64,000 bases of DNA from positions 3,596,001 to 3,660,000 of the forward strand of contig MU004181.1 of assembly GCA_010093605.1 (NCBI GenBank), given 5' to 3'. The notes beneath the pieces are model-generated. The model was not told where the DNA came from and did no database searches. It was given only the letters and a program-made list of their open reading frames with translations. Shown piece by piece: positions 1-9,738 of the stretch. Source of the stretch: Lophium mytilinum (lineage: Eukaryota). A program made the position numbers and the translations under genes. How positions within the stretch are numbered: the first letter of the stretch is position 1; each line of letters starts with the position of its first letter.

Positions 1-1
1 C

Positions 2-646
2 GATGGATGGGGCCCACCAAAGAAGGAAGATGACGATACGTGGGGTTCACCACGGCAAGGGCTAGGTCCCCGTGACGAGCGACTGGAAGCACGCAAGCCA
101 TGCCCCAAGGAAGGATGCGGCCACAAGCATCACTCCAAATGGATCTGGCACCACAAGTCTACGAGGACATCGACATCAACATCGGTGTCTTTCCCTGTCT
201 ATACCTGGAGTTTTACCACCAAGACTGGAGAAGCGACTGCGGCCCCAACTAGACATGAAGAACCCACTAGAGTGGTAGAGCCACCTAGAGTGATAGATCC
301 ACCGAGGACTACGCTCTCGCTTGTCCAAACTTCACCACCTGCACCCATTCTTCCTGCTGGAGGGGCAGGAACCTGCCCGGCGACTTGCAACCCGGCCAGC
401 GGCAAAAACTTCTGCGACGTCAGCACCTCGTGCATTGGTATCACTGGTGGCAAATACATGTGTGCTTGTGTCGCTGGATTCCGCGCCTCCGACACGTCTC
501 CTACCGACTTCAAAGTCCAGGTTCGGGTTGACGGCTTCCCTTGGGTACTCGTTAAGCCAGGGCAAAAGTGCAGCCAGCTCTGCACTAAGCAGTCGGCACC
601 GGATTGGTGTGGGGAGGTGCCTATCGACAACAAGTGCAAGGCGTAG
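2..646 (+). CDS. 3' part of a probably secreted protein: WG/acidic and Thr/Pro-rich linker followed by a C-terminal Cys-rich (8-Cys, EGF-like) domain; 5' end lies outside the window
   Basis: The frame of ORF 185..646 is open back to position 2 (DGWGPPKKEDDDTWGSP...). The C-terminus reads CPATCNPASGKNFCDVSTSC...YMCACVAGFRA...CSQLC...WCGEV...KCKA*. Confidence 0.7.
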   Translation, partial: DGWGPPKKEDDDTWGSPRQGLGPRDERLEARKPCPKEGCGHKHHSKWIWHHKSTRTSTSTSVSFPVYTWSFTTKTGEATAAPTRHEEPTRVVEPPRVIDPPRTTLSLVQTSPPAPILPAGGAGTCPATCNPASGKNFCDVSTSCIGITGGKYMCACVAGFRASDTSPTDFKVQVRVDGFPWVLVKPGQKCSQLCTKQSAPDWCGEVPIDNKCKA

Positions 647-1260
647 GAACGAGTGGGCAATGGGTTGATCTTGAAAAGGGTGGTCATGTATCAGCTGTTT
701 GGATGTTCGTGTCTCAGAATGAAGTATTCATCATCCAGTGTTCTCTATTTCATACGTGTCTTTTTGCTGTGATGTTTTGCCAAGCCGGCTTTTGGCGATG
801 AGAGTTGTCGTTCTTGTACTAAAAGGCGGAGAGTTTATGAATAATCTATAATCAAGTCTCTCAAGTTACCTTATTCGAAGTACACTACTAACTGTAGCAA
901 TTGATTTATGATGATTGAGCGCAAAAACTACGCCTTTACACCTCGTAGGAAACAGCAGCCATATGTGATTACGTCATGGTCAATCTGTGGTGCCGGAAAT
1001 AAGATTGTACTTAATAGCGCCGACGCGTTAGAACAGGGGCGCTACGTAGCCCGAAATAATCTCCACTCTCCCTCCCACTTTCTCTCCACTTCTGCGGGAG
1101 AGGACCGATGCCGCATCTCTTCCGCAGGCATTGTGGCCTCTACGTACATAACCTTACTTCCATGTTACAACGTTACCAGAATATCTCGTGAAGTCATAAT
1201 TCCTTCAAACTTGTTCAATGACTGGAGTGAGAGGAGAACAAATAAAGCCATATATTCGTG

Positions 1261-2728
1261 ATGAGCGAAGATCCAGAAAAACACGAAATCTCCCCCGCGA
1301 TCGAGGTTTTCGTCAACCCAGATTCCGCACTCCAAAACAGTTCGCTAGAATCGACGGATGCGATTCCCGAGGGAGGGTATGGATGGGTCATCGTTGCTTG
1401 CGCTGTATAGGCTCCCCCTACGCAACTCTCATCTATTTCTACGAAACGTTCTAACAAAGCGTTCAGTTCACTATCAACGGCTTCACTTGGGGGGTGGTGG
1501 CTTCGTATGGTGTTTTTCTTGCCTATTATCTTTCTCGTGATGTATTTCATGGAGCCACTGCCCTTGACTATGCTTTCATCGGTGGGTTGAGTTTCGGACC
1601 CGCTGTGCTTATAGCATCTCCTGTCACATACCTGACCAGACATCTTGGGACTCACATCCCCATGTTTATTGGCATTGTGCTCCAGACCGGCGGATTCGTT
1701 GCCGCATCATTTGCAAAGACCATTTGGCACCTATACTTGAGCCAGGGACTTCTTGTTGGAATTGGGGTTGGATTTATTTTCATTCCAAGTGTAGGCGTTA
1801 CGTCTCAATGGTTCGAGAAGAAGAGAAGCCTCGCCAATTCAATTACCAGCGCTGGCTCTGGCGTTGGCGGAATTATCGTCGCATTTGCGACACTGCCCAT
1901 GATCGAGAACATCTCCCTCGGCTGGGCTCTACGCATCATCGGAATTATCAGCGGTACGGTGAACGTAATTGCCACTTTTTTGATTCGCAACCGGAACAAG
2001 GTTATCAAGCCAGCGATGCACCCTTTTGACCTCAAGCTCCTCCGCCAAGGAAACGTTATCATTTTGCTGCTCTGGGCTTTCTTTAGCATGCTTGGATACA
2101 TCATAATCATCTACTCCCTTTCGGATTTCGCCCGCTCTATTGGTTTACCGTCTTCTAAAGCGTCGATGATTACCGGTTTCGTCAATCTTGGGACCGCGAT
2201 AGGGAGACCATGCATAGGTGTTCTCAGTGATCGCTTCGGGCGGATCAAGGTAGCTGGTCTGGTGACTTTTCTATGCTTTCTATCAATTTTCATGGTCTGG
2301 GTTCCCGCAAACTCGTATGGAGTCACCGTGTTCTTCGCGTTGTTGAGTGGAGCCATAGTCGGAGTGTTCTGGATGGTAATAAACTACTCAGATCCTAGTC
2401 TTGAATGTGTCATATCTGACAGCTTCACAGACTATCAGCCCCTTGTGCGCGGAGGTGGCGGGACTCGTAGAGCTGCCCTCTATGCTCTCTCTTGCTTGGG
2501 CTTCCGTTGTTTTGCCAACTACCTGTAAGCCTCTCTCCCGCTCAGAGACCGGATCGTGCTAATAGGAGATCAGTTGCGGAAGTCATCGGCCTAAAGCTTC
2601 GCCGTCCACATGCAAATCGCCCTTACTTGTATCCTCAGATATTTGCAGGTCTTTCGTACTTAGCCGCAACTGCTCTCATGCTTGCGCTATGGCTGAGGCA
2701 TAGTCGAAGAAAGCCTGTGGTAGAATAG
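1261..2728 (+). CDS. MFS monocarboxylate-transporter family (MCH-like) protein
   Basis: ATG at 1261 gives MSEDPEK...IPEGGYGWVIVACA. Introns 1405-1466, 2376-2430 and 2525-2573 (GT-AG with branch sites) join FTINGFTWGVVASYGVFL, SQWFEKKRSLANSI and SDRFGRI motifs, with about 12 hydrophobic segments. Confidence 0.9.
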
Positions 2729-2828
2729 GTCGACACGGCGTTATCCTTGAAATCACACTGCCTTTTGACCGACCAGCTACCTACTAGCCAGGCTACTTCT
2801 CACAATGGTATCGAGCGAGCAAACGCGT

Positions 2829-2975
2829 GAACCTTTATACCCTGAATGCAATGTGTCAAGCCTATAGGGGTATCCTAGGTGATGATAAACGCGGTCAGTT
2901 ACAGCGGAGATAGATATCTACTGCGCGGACCTTTACATTTCGTTTTGATTCATAGGAGCCCATAGGGCCTTTGCG
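2829..2975 (+). repeat. Degenerate partial copy of the ~275-bp repeat unit
   Basis: caagcctataggggtatcctag...ggtcagttac...atatctactgc...cctttacattt...ggagcccataggg aligns by eye with 4345-4485. Confidence 0.7.
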
Positions 2976-3129
2976 CTATATCGCGACGGTCAGGCGCAGT
3001 CGAAGATCGCTTTCATATGTATGTTCCCATCCCCACACATTACTACACAGTTCTGACATTCTCAAGAGGCTAGGTATATACACCGAACGAATCAATCAAG
3101 GGCCCTAACGACCTACCCCTCCCTCCTGC

Positions 3130-4000
3130 GGCATCAACCTGACCTTGTCGTCTTCCAGGAATTAGAAACATTGACGAGATTTAGTCTGACACGCCGGACA
3201 GGATTTGGTAGTATCACGCCAGAAAATGGGACCCTGCTTGTCGACAGCGTGGACCCAAAAGCAGTGTGCGGGAGAGTCCTTGTTCTTGCGGATCGAGGCA
3301 GCGCGAACGTTAGCGACCGCGCTCTTGCTAATTGCTGCCTTTGTCTCCTTGGCCAGCGTAGACGCTTGCAAGGTGCTCTTGTCTCCCAAGAAACCGATGG
3401 TGATGATGTTGTGCGGGCCAGGGCATATGAACTGGAGCGAGACTAGGTGCTGCATTGGCAGTCAGTTTGACCCTGGTGTGCTGCGGGCGCTGATCCGGCT
3501 CTAGAGGACTCTCTCACCTCCACTAGCACCCTTGTCATTGCGCCTCAGGCTTGTGCGAAAGTACCAGTATTAAAGCGTAGCCTGAGGTCCTCCAAAGCCA
3601 AGTTTCAGCGCCCCCAGCAGACCAGAGCCTAACCACCAATACTACACCCAATCCCGCTCCAGCTTATACGCCGCACGGATAAAGCTCCCCATTTCCCGAA
3701 GGCTCGATATAAGGTGCGCCGCGCTTTGGCTTTGGCTCTGCTGCCACAACTCGAGAGGCCCTCACACCCTTTCCAACAGCACGTCAAAACTCCACTCCCT
3801 CCGTGAAGAAGAAGTCTCAATCTAGAGTACGCCGCGGTTCGATACTGGCACTCTCGCTCAACACCTGATGTCATCTAGAGTCGGGTCAGCAACCCTAGTA
3901 GGCGTAGGTGCGGTGAGGAGAAAGTCCTCATCTAGGAACAACGAGGGGTATCTAGTGTCAGAAGAAGAAGAGAAGGGAACGTAAAGGAGCCTAGATGGTC
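3130..4000 (-). pseudogene. Possible degraded ORF relic
   Basis: The minus-strand frames read protein-like but are broken by TAG/TGA stops. CTAG is frequent, and a terminal HCFW...SCPACQTKSRQC Cys motif occurs in ORF 3162..3455. Confidence 0.3.
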
Positions 4001-4019
4001 CTTTGGCCTTGCTGTCCAG

Positions 4020-4806
4020 GCCTGACTAGTAGGTAGCTAGTCAGTCAGAAGGCAGTCTCATCTCAAAAGTATGAACTTTCACATCCCGTTTCCAATTTTT
4101 GAAGCCTATAGGGGTACCCCAAGCGGTGACAAAGAAGGTTAGTGTCAAGTTAAATAAATATCCACCGCGGGAACCTTTGCATTCTACTTCAATGCTTAGG
4201 AGCCGATAGGGGTACCCCAGACGGTGGCAAACTTGTCTGCCTCGGAACTCCAATTTACACGGCGGTGACCTTGCTTCCTCAACTGAGGAGTAGCCTGACT
4301 AGTAGGTAGCTGTTCAGTCAAAGGCAGTATCATTTCAAAGGCATGAATCTTTACATCTTCTTTACAATTTTTCAAGCCTATAGGGGTACCCCAAGTAGTG
4401 ATGAAAGAGGTCAGTTGCAAGGCAGAATAATATCCACTGCCGGAGCCTTTACATTCCATTTTAATTCTGGGGAGCCTATAGGGGTACTCCAGACGGTGGC
4501 AAACATTTATGCTTCAGAACTCCAATCTACACGGCGGTAGCCTTGCTCCCTCGATAGCACTGTAAGGAATAGCCTGACTAGTAGGTAGCTGGTCAGTCAA
4601 AAGGTAGTCTCATCTTAAATGCCCAAACTTTTACATCTCATCTATAAAATTCGAAAAAGCGGTGATGAATGAGGCCAATTTTAGGGCAAAACAATATCCA
4701 CTGCAGGAGTCTTTACATTCCATGTTGATTCTTAGAAGCCTATAGAGGCACCCCAGACGGTGGCAACATATGTGTTCTGGACCTCTATCGAGGCACTGTA
4801 AACCGC
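4020..4806 (+). repeat. Degenerate tandem array A: ~3 units of ~273-279 bp, each with two ~98-bp-spaced GCCTATAGGGGTACCCCA sub-motifs
   Basis: gcctgactagtaggtagct starts at 4020, 4293 and 4572. The core motif occurs at ~4101, 4199, 4373, 4472 and 4736. Confidence 0.9.
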
Positions 4807-5239
4807 AAGGAGATGGGGTGGCAGGCGAAGGAAAGGAGAAACTGACACCACCTTGTCATAGTTCTGCTCAGTGGCTGCTACTGTATGGGGTTCTTCGAGG
4901 GCACTGAGCGGGCAAGCTTCAGATCGTTTGCACTGGCCTGTCCCCTCTCCAGGGCACCTCAGACGGCGGCGGCTGTTGGGTGAAGGACAGTAAATCACAT
5001 GCTGATCGGAGCTCTTGAGCCCGGCGAAGGCGTTTGCACAGAGGTTACCCGATACACGCGCGCTTCTATCGAGTTTCAGAGTCAGTGCGTCACGCGGTTG
5101 CCCAGGTGATTTCTGTGGTTGAAGTTCGGTCAATGAGGTCAGTCCTTCAGAAACTTCATCACGCCCGTCACCCGAACTTCAACTTCACAACAACAACACC
5201 CTCCTCACGTACTCATCTACAAGCACTCCACACTCTACA

Positions 5240-7102
5240 ATGTCTTCACACCACGTATCAGACGCGTCTCGCTCTGTCGCTGGCACTCCTGTCGCCGCCC
5301 CGCGCACCCCAGGAGGACACCAGCTCCCGCCATTCCGCCTGCCAACATTGGCCCCTCTATCCACCCCAATCCCCGAAGGTTCTATATGGAACACGCCTCG
5401 CTTTGACATTGGCACTCCCGCACCGCGCCTGAGGTCCTCCAGAGCAGGATCAACGCCTCCAGCAGACCAGATCCAGACTCCCAATGCTGTAGCTAGTACC
5501 ACTCCTACCCACATGCCGTATGGTTGGAGCTCTCCGATTCCTGAAGGCTCCATATGGGGCACGCCGCGGTTCGGTATTGGCACTGTGGCTGCGACTCACA
5601 ACCCACCCACACCCATGCCAGCTGCCCGTCAAAACTCCTTGAAACCCAGCGGCACTTACATCCTCGACCTACCCGGATTCGCTTCTAAGCATCCGTCATT
5701 GACCACTCCTCATGTTGACCGAATCACCTTCCATATCTCCGAGAATCGCGGCATCTATTGGGGCGCTCTCACAGCTGACGACGGCACCGTCGAGGTCTCT
5801 TTGAAGATCGAACGTCTGCCGATTGCGAAACGACCAACCTTCAGCTTCACCTGGTGCGGTCATCGTGAGGCATCTCGAGCTCTCATCGGACCTGCCTGCA
5901 CCGGAATCTTCCACTTCGAAGGCGAGAACGACATCATGGGCCATTTCAAGTCGCTCTACGATTTCCGCACCGAGTTTACCGGCCGCCGCAACACTACCAG
6001 CACCATCCCTCCTCTTGCTGCTGAAAAGATCGAAGACCATTGGACAGCTTGCCATGAACGTCTCGCTCGCATCACGAACATTGAAGAAAAGTACTCGGAA
6101 GAACAGACTAAAGATGAATTACTTGCCTCATTCGTCGCTGGCGATGATTTCATCAACCGTGTTGACCTCGACTGCGCGGAGATACTCCCCATGCTCCAGC
6201 AGACCCGCTCCTATTTCCTCTCCACCTCTCACAACATCAGCAAGCCCGCTTTCGACGCCGTCAAACCTCAACACCTTGCCCTCCAAGACCTCACGCTCTG
6301 CCGCGATCAAGACGGCACGATGTGGGGCGCTTTCAAGATCCAGAACACCAAAGGCGTGCTGAACTTCGACCAATTCGCACACCCACTTGACCCGAGACTG
6401 CCTCATACATACCAATTTGAATGGTACGGCGTCGAGACTGTTGGCAACACCCACACCGCATCACAGCGCTCCGTACGCCATGGAACCGGCTACATAACCT
6501 GCGAGAACTTGGGCCAATCTATGATCCACGGCCGATTCAATCCTCCAGACGGCGCTAAATTGAACTCATTCTCCTCGTCCGGTGGGCTGGCGGACGCGGG
6601 CTTCTGGAATGCCTCGTGGCAGCAACCATATGACTACTACGGCTACGCAAACGACGCGAAATGGAACCTCCTAGACGACCAGACCGCCGGACGGCGCATT
6701 TCGCGATCCCTACCGTCGATGAAGGGGGAGTGGGCCGAGATTCGGGCCCTGTGGGGTGTTGGTGCTGGGGGGCCCGTCGGCGGCGCGGGGTCTTCCTCGA
6801 ACGTCCATGAGGCTGTCAAAGCCTCAACGGTGGCAGCTCGAAACGCTGCTGCCGAGGCTTTGATAGACTCATGGACGTACGAGGAGGACTCCGAGGGGGA
6901 GAGACCGCCGGCGGAGCCGAAGGGGAAGAAGAGGGCCCGAGAGGGCGAGGAGGAGGAGGTGGAGGGGGAGGAGGAGGGGAGGAAGAAGAGGAAGAAGGAG
7001 CCTCGCGTCCGCTTTGCGGCCGGGGCGGTGGCCCAAACGGCCACAACCACTCGAAAGAGTGGTAGGAAGAGGACGCCAAGCACCAGATATGGTGAAAAGT
7101 GA
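5240..7102 (+). CDS. Intronless hypothetical 620-aa protein: Pro-rich N-terminus with two PIPEGSIW.TPRF.IGT repeats, two copies of a beta-rich domain (WG.L/F...F.W.G...G.I...I.G.F), and an acidic/basic NLS-like tail
   Basis: Long ORF with coding-like codon usage and a good caacaATG-type start context. The internal duplication is visible (IYWGALT...FSFTWCGHRE...CTGIFHFEGENDIMGHF versus MWGAFKI...YQFEWYGVE...GTGYITCENLGQSMIHGRF). Confidence 0.8.
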   Translation: MSSHHVSDASRSVAGTPVAAPRTPGGHQLPPFRLPTLAPLSTPIPEGSIWNTPRFDIGTPAPRLRSSRAGSTPPADQIQTPNAVASTTPTHMPYGWSSPIPEGSIWGTPRFGIGTVAATHNPPTPMPAARQNSLKPSGTYILDLPGFASKHPSLTTPHVDRITFHISENRGIYWGALTADDGTVEVSLKIERLPIAKRPTFSFTWCGHREASRALIGPACTGIFHFEGENDIMGHFKSLYDFRTEFTGRRNTTSTIPPLAAEKIEDHWTACHERLARITNIEEKYSEEQTKDELLASFVAGDDFINRVDLDCAEILPMLQQTRSYFLSTSHNISKPAFDAVKPQHLALQDLTLCRDQDGTMWGAFKIQNTKGVLNFDQFAHPLDPRLPHTYQFEWYGVETVGNTHTASQRSVRHGTGYITCENLGQSMIHGRFNPPDGAKLNSFSSSGGLADAGFWNASWQQPYDYYGYANDAKWNLLDDQTAGRRISRSLPSMKGEWAEIRALWGVGAGGPVGGAGSSSNVHEAVKASTVAARNAAAEALIDSWTYEEDSEGERPPAEPKGKKRAREGEEEEVEGEEEGRKKRKKEPRVRFAAGAVAQTATTTRKSGRKRTPSTRYGEK

Positions 7103-7359
7103 GGGGAGAGAGGGGCGTGCGCGTGGAGATATGGCAGTAGTTTGTACGATAGCACCGGGAAAGTTGAACCTGAAATGATAGACTAAGTTCCGAAAATTTT
7201 GTACCTTCACGTGACTTGGATACACTGAGAGTTCCTAAATTAGAACTGATCGATGAGCATCCTGACTTCGTGTTTACGGACTTGAAGGACTTCAGACCTT
7301 CGAAGTACTTCCCAAGTATATGACGCAACTGGTCGAGTTTAAGGCCTTGAATGAAGTGA

Positions 7360-7950
7360 ATTGGTTTGGAACTCCTATATCAGCTCCGCGGAATTTGTAC
7401 ACATGAAGCGGTTAACAGTGTTTGGCTAGCCTTGAAGCACTCTGATTCCAGAAGTTGAATGTAAAGCTCTCTTAACGTTGAATTAGAACAACGAACACGA
7501 GCTTTCGATCTGCCTTCATGCTAGCTATACGATTGGAACACGTCTAGAATTGGCTCAAAAGAATCAGAAAATTCCGGATGGTTGCCGCTGTTTGTCTAGC
7601 CTCGAAGCACTTTAGTTCTAGCAGATGAATGTAAAGTTCTCCTAGGGCTGAAACAGAGCAACGGAAACGAGCTTCTGATCTACGTCCATGCTGGCTATAC
7701 GATTGGAACACCGCCAAGATTGGCTCGAAATACTCAGGAAATTCCGAATGGCTGCCGCTGGCTGTCTAGCCTCGAAGCACTTTGATTCTAGCAGATGAAT
7801 TTCAAGTTCTCCTGGAGCTGAAACAGGGCCATGGAAACGGGCTTTCAATCTGCATATATATTAGCTATCCAATCGACGCACCTCTAAAACTGACTCCAAG
7901 GAAGAAGAGAACCTTCGAGGAGCTGCCGGTGTCTGCCCAGCCCCAATGTA
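7360..7950 (+). repeat. Degenerate tandem array B, 170-bp period (~3 units)
   Basis: ctagcc(t/c)(t/c)gaagcact occurs at 7426, 7596 and 7766. gctatacgattggaacac is repeated. Confidence 0.9.
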
Positions 7951-8082
7951 CTATGATTTATAAAGACAGATGTCAAGGTTTACAGGAGCCGATTCGGAGC
8001 TGCGGCAACGACACCGAGATATGCATTCACATTGATGGGCCACGGATATAGCGCTGTGTGAGTACTGCTTTTGAAAGCCGAA

Positions 8083-8740
8083 CACCACTGTCAGGAGGAG
8101 CCCCGTGACTATGGAGGCAGTTAGTCAAGAGGTTGTGCAGACCCCGCGGTATAGAATATGACATCGCACCTTGATGTTGAAAAGCCCATCGGGGCACCTC
8201 AAACGGTGGCAAGCAAGGTGCATAGACTTACGGCCTATTGCCGTATTCTGGACATGCGATTGGAGTACGCCCAATATCAGCTCCGAGGACGGATTGCAGA
8301 AGACCAACACCGCCGTCAGGAGCAGCCCCGTCGCCATAACGGCAGTCAGTCAAGAGGCTACTCAGACTCCGTGGCATGGAATTTGACATCGCGCTTTAAT
8401 TTTGAAAAGCCCATGGGGGTACCTCAAGCAGTGGCAAGCAAGATGCATAGACTTACGGCCTATTACTGTGTTCTAGACATGCGTTTAAGGCACGCCCAAT
8501 ATCAGCTCCGAGGACGCGGTTTTGGAAGCCAGACACCGCCGTCAGGAGTAGCCTCATCGCTATAAAGGCAGTCAGCCAAAAGGCTACTAAGACTCCGCGG
8601 TACAGAATTTGACATCGCGCTTTGATTTTTAAAGGCCCATGGGGCCACCTCAAGCAGTGGCAAGCAGGAGCATAGACGCACAGCCTATGCCTATATTCCA
8701 AACATACGATTGGAGTATGCCCAATACCAGCTCAGAGTAT
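8083..8740 (+). repeat. Degenerate tandem array C, ~225-bp period (~3 units)
   Basis: aa(a/g)gcccat.gggg.acctcaa.c.gtggcaagca occurs at 8181, 8406 and 8632. gcatagac and cccaata(t/c)cagctc are repeated. Confidence 0.9.
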
Positions 8741-8749
8741 TATGAAATT

Positions 8750-9080
8750 ATCAAGTGGCTAACGGTGTCTGCCTTGCCCTAAAGGGACGTAAACATTCAA
8801 GATGGAAGTCATAATCTAAGGATGCTGAATTGAAGCAGCAGAAACGGGCTTGCAATTTGCATTTCCGCGGGCTATGCAATTAGTGCACGCTCAGAATCAG
8901 AGCTCCGTAGAAATAGGAAGTCTTAATATGGCTGACGGTGTCTGCAATGCCCTAACAAGGTGTGAATATTCAAAACGGATGTCATGATCCATAAAGGCTG
9001 AATTGGAGCTGCCAATATGAACTTGCCGTTCACTCGTGCGCCGGCTATGCAATTGGAGCACGCCCACTATCAGAGCTTCT
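8750..9080 (+). repeat. Degenerate tandem array D, ~173-bp period (2 units), related to array B
   Basis: ggct(a/g)acggtgtctgc occurs at 8757 and 8930. gctgaatt...gctatgcaatt...gcacgc...atcagagct is repeated. Confidence 0.8.
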
Positions 9081-9738
9081 TGCCTTCACTAGTGCAACTG
9101 CACGTGAGGTTCTGTAGACGCCCTGGCCTAATGCTGAATCTGGACGTTGGAAACACTTTCCGCGAGGCTGTAATTTTAACTCGCTTCGGAGCCTTCCGCG
9201 GTATGTAGCATAACAGCGTCTGAGCTCCTCTAAAGTGCGTTTGGTACTATCCCTTGCGCACGAGAGCAGAGCCGATTTACATTGTCAAGTCTGGTTGGTA
9301 AGTGAAGAAGCCTATATCAGAAGCTAGGAATGCCGCTGCTCCAATCTAGCTGCGGTCGTGCTCCCTTTCGTGAAACATCAGCATCAGAATTTTGCGCAAA
9401 TATCTTGGCATTGCCTACCCATAATGGCCCTAGCAATATGCAGATTCGCAAATGGGCAAGGTGAACATACTCGGCGTAGAAGCTTACATGCTCGACTGAC
9501 ACTCTGCAGTGCAAGCTCTTCTCCGGGTGCATGGAACCAATTGGCTCAACTGTTTATCAAAAACACATATCTTCCCTGGCCTATTCTTAACGTCAACATT
9601 ATAGAGTCGCGGTTTTATAAATAAGTAGAATACTGACATTGATTGAGAGCCAGCGAGACATTCCCTTACGCTCTTTCTGTCTCTCCTTTATCCCACTCTC
9701 TCTCCATCTCATTCGTTTCACTGAGTGTCCTAGACAAC

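Noticed and set aside
4041..4540. Short ORFs with repeated WGTPIG peptides
   Set aside because: These are by-products of the DNA repeat. The frames are not maintained between units and have many stops.
8158..8565. 135-aa ORF with an internal repeat (EKPIGAPQTVASKVHRLTAY)
   Set aside because: The 225-bp period makes a repeated peptide automatic, and the third unit is out of frame. Coding status is unsupported.
4020..9080. CRISPR-like interpretation of the palindromic repeats
   Set aside because: The inter-core sequences are homologous to one another rather than unique spacers, the cores are degenerate, no cas genes are present, and the context is eukaryotic.
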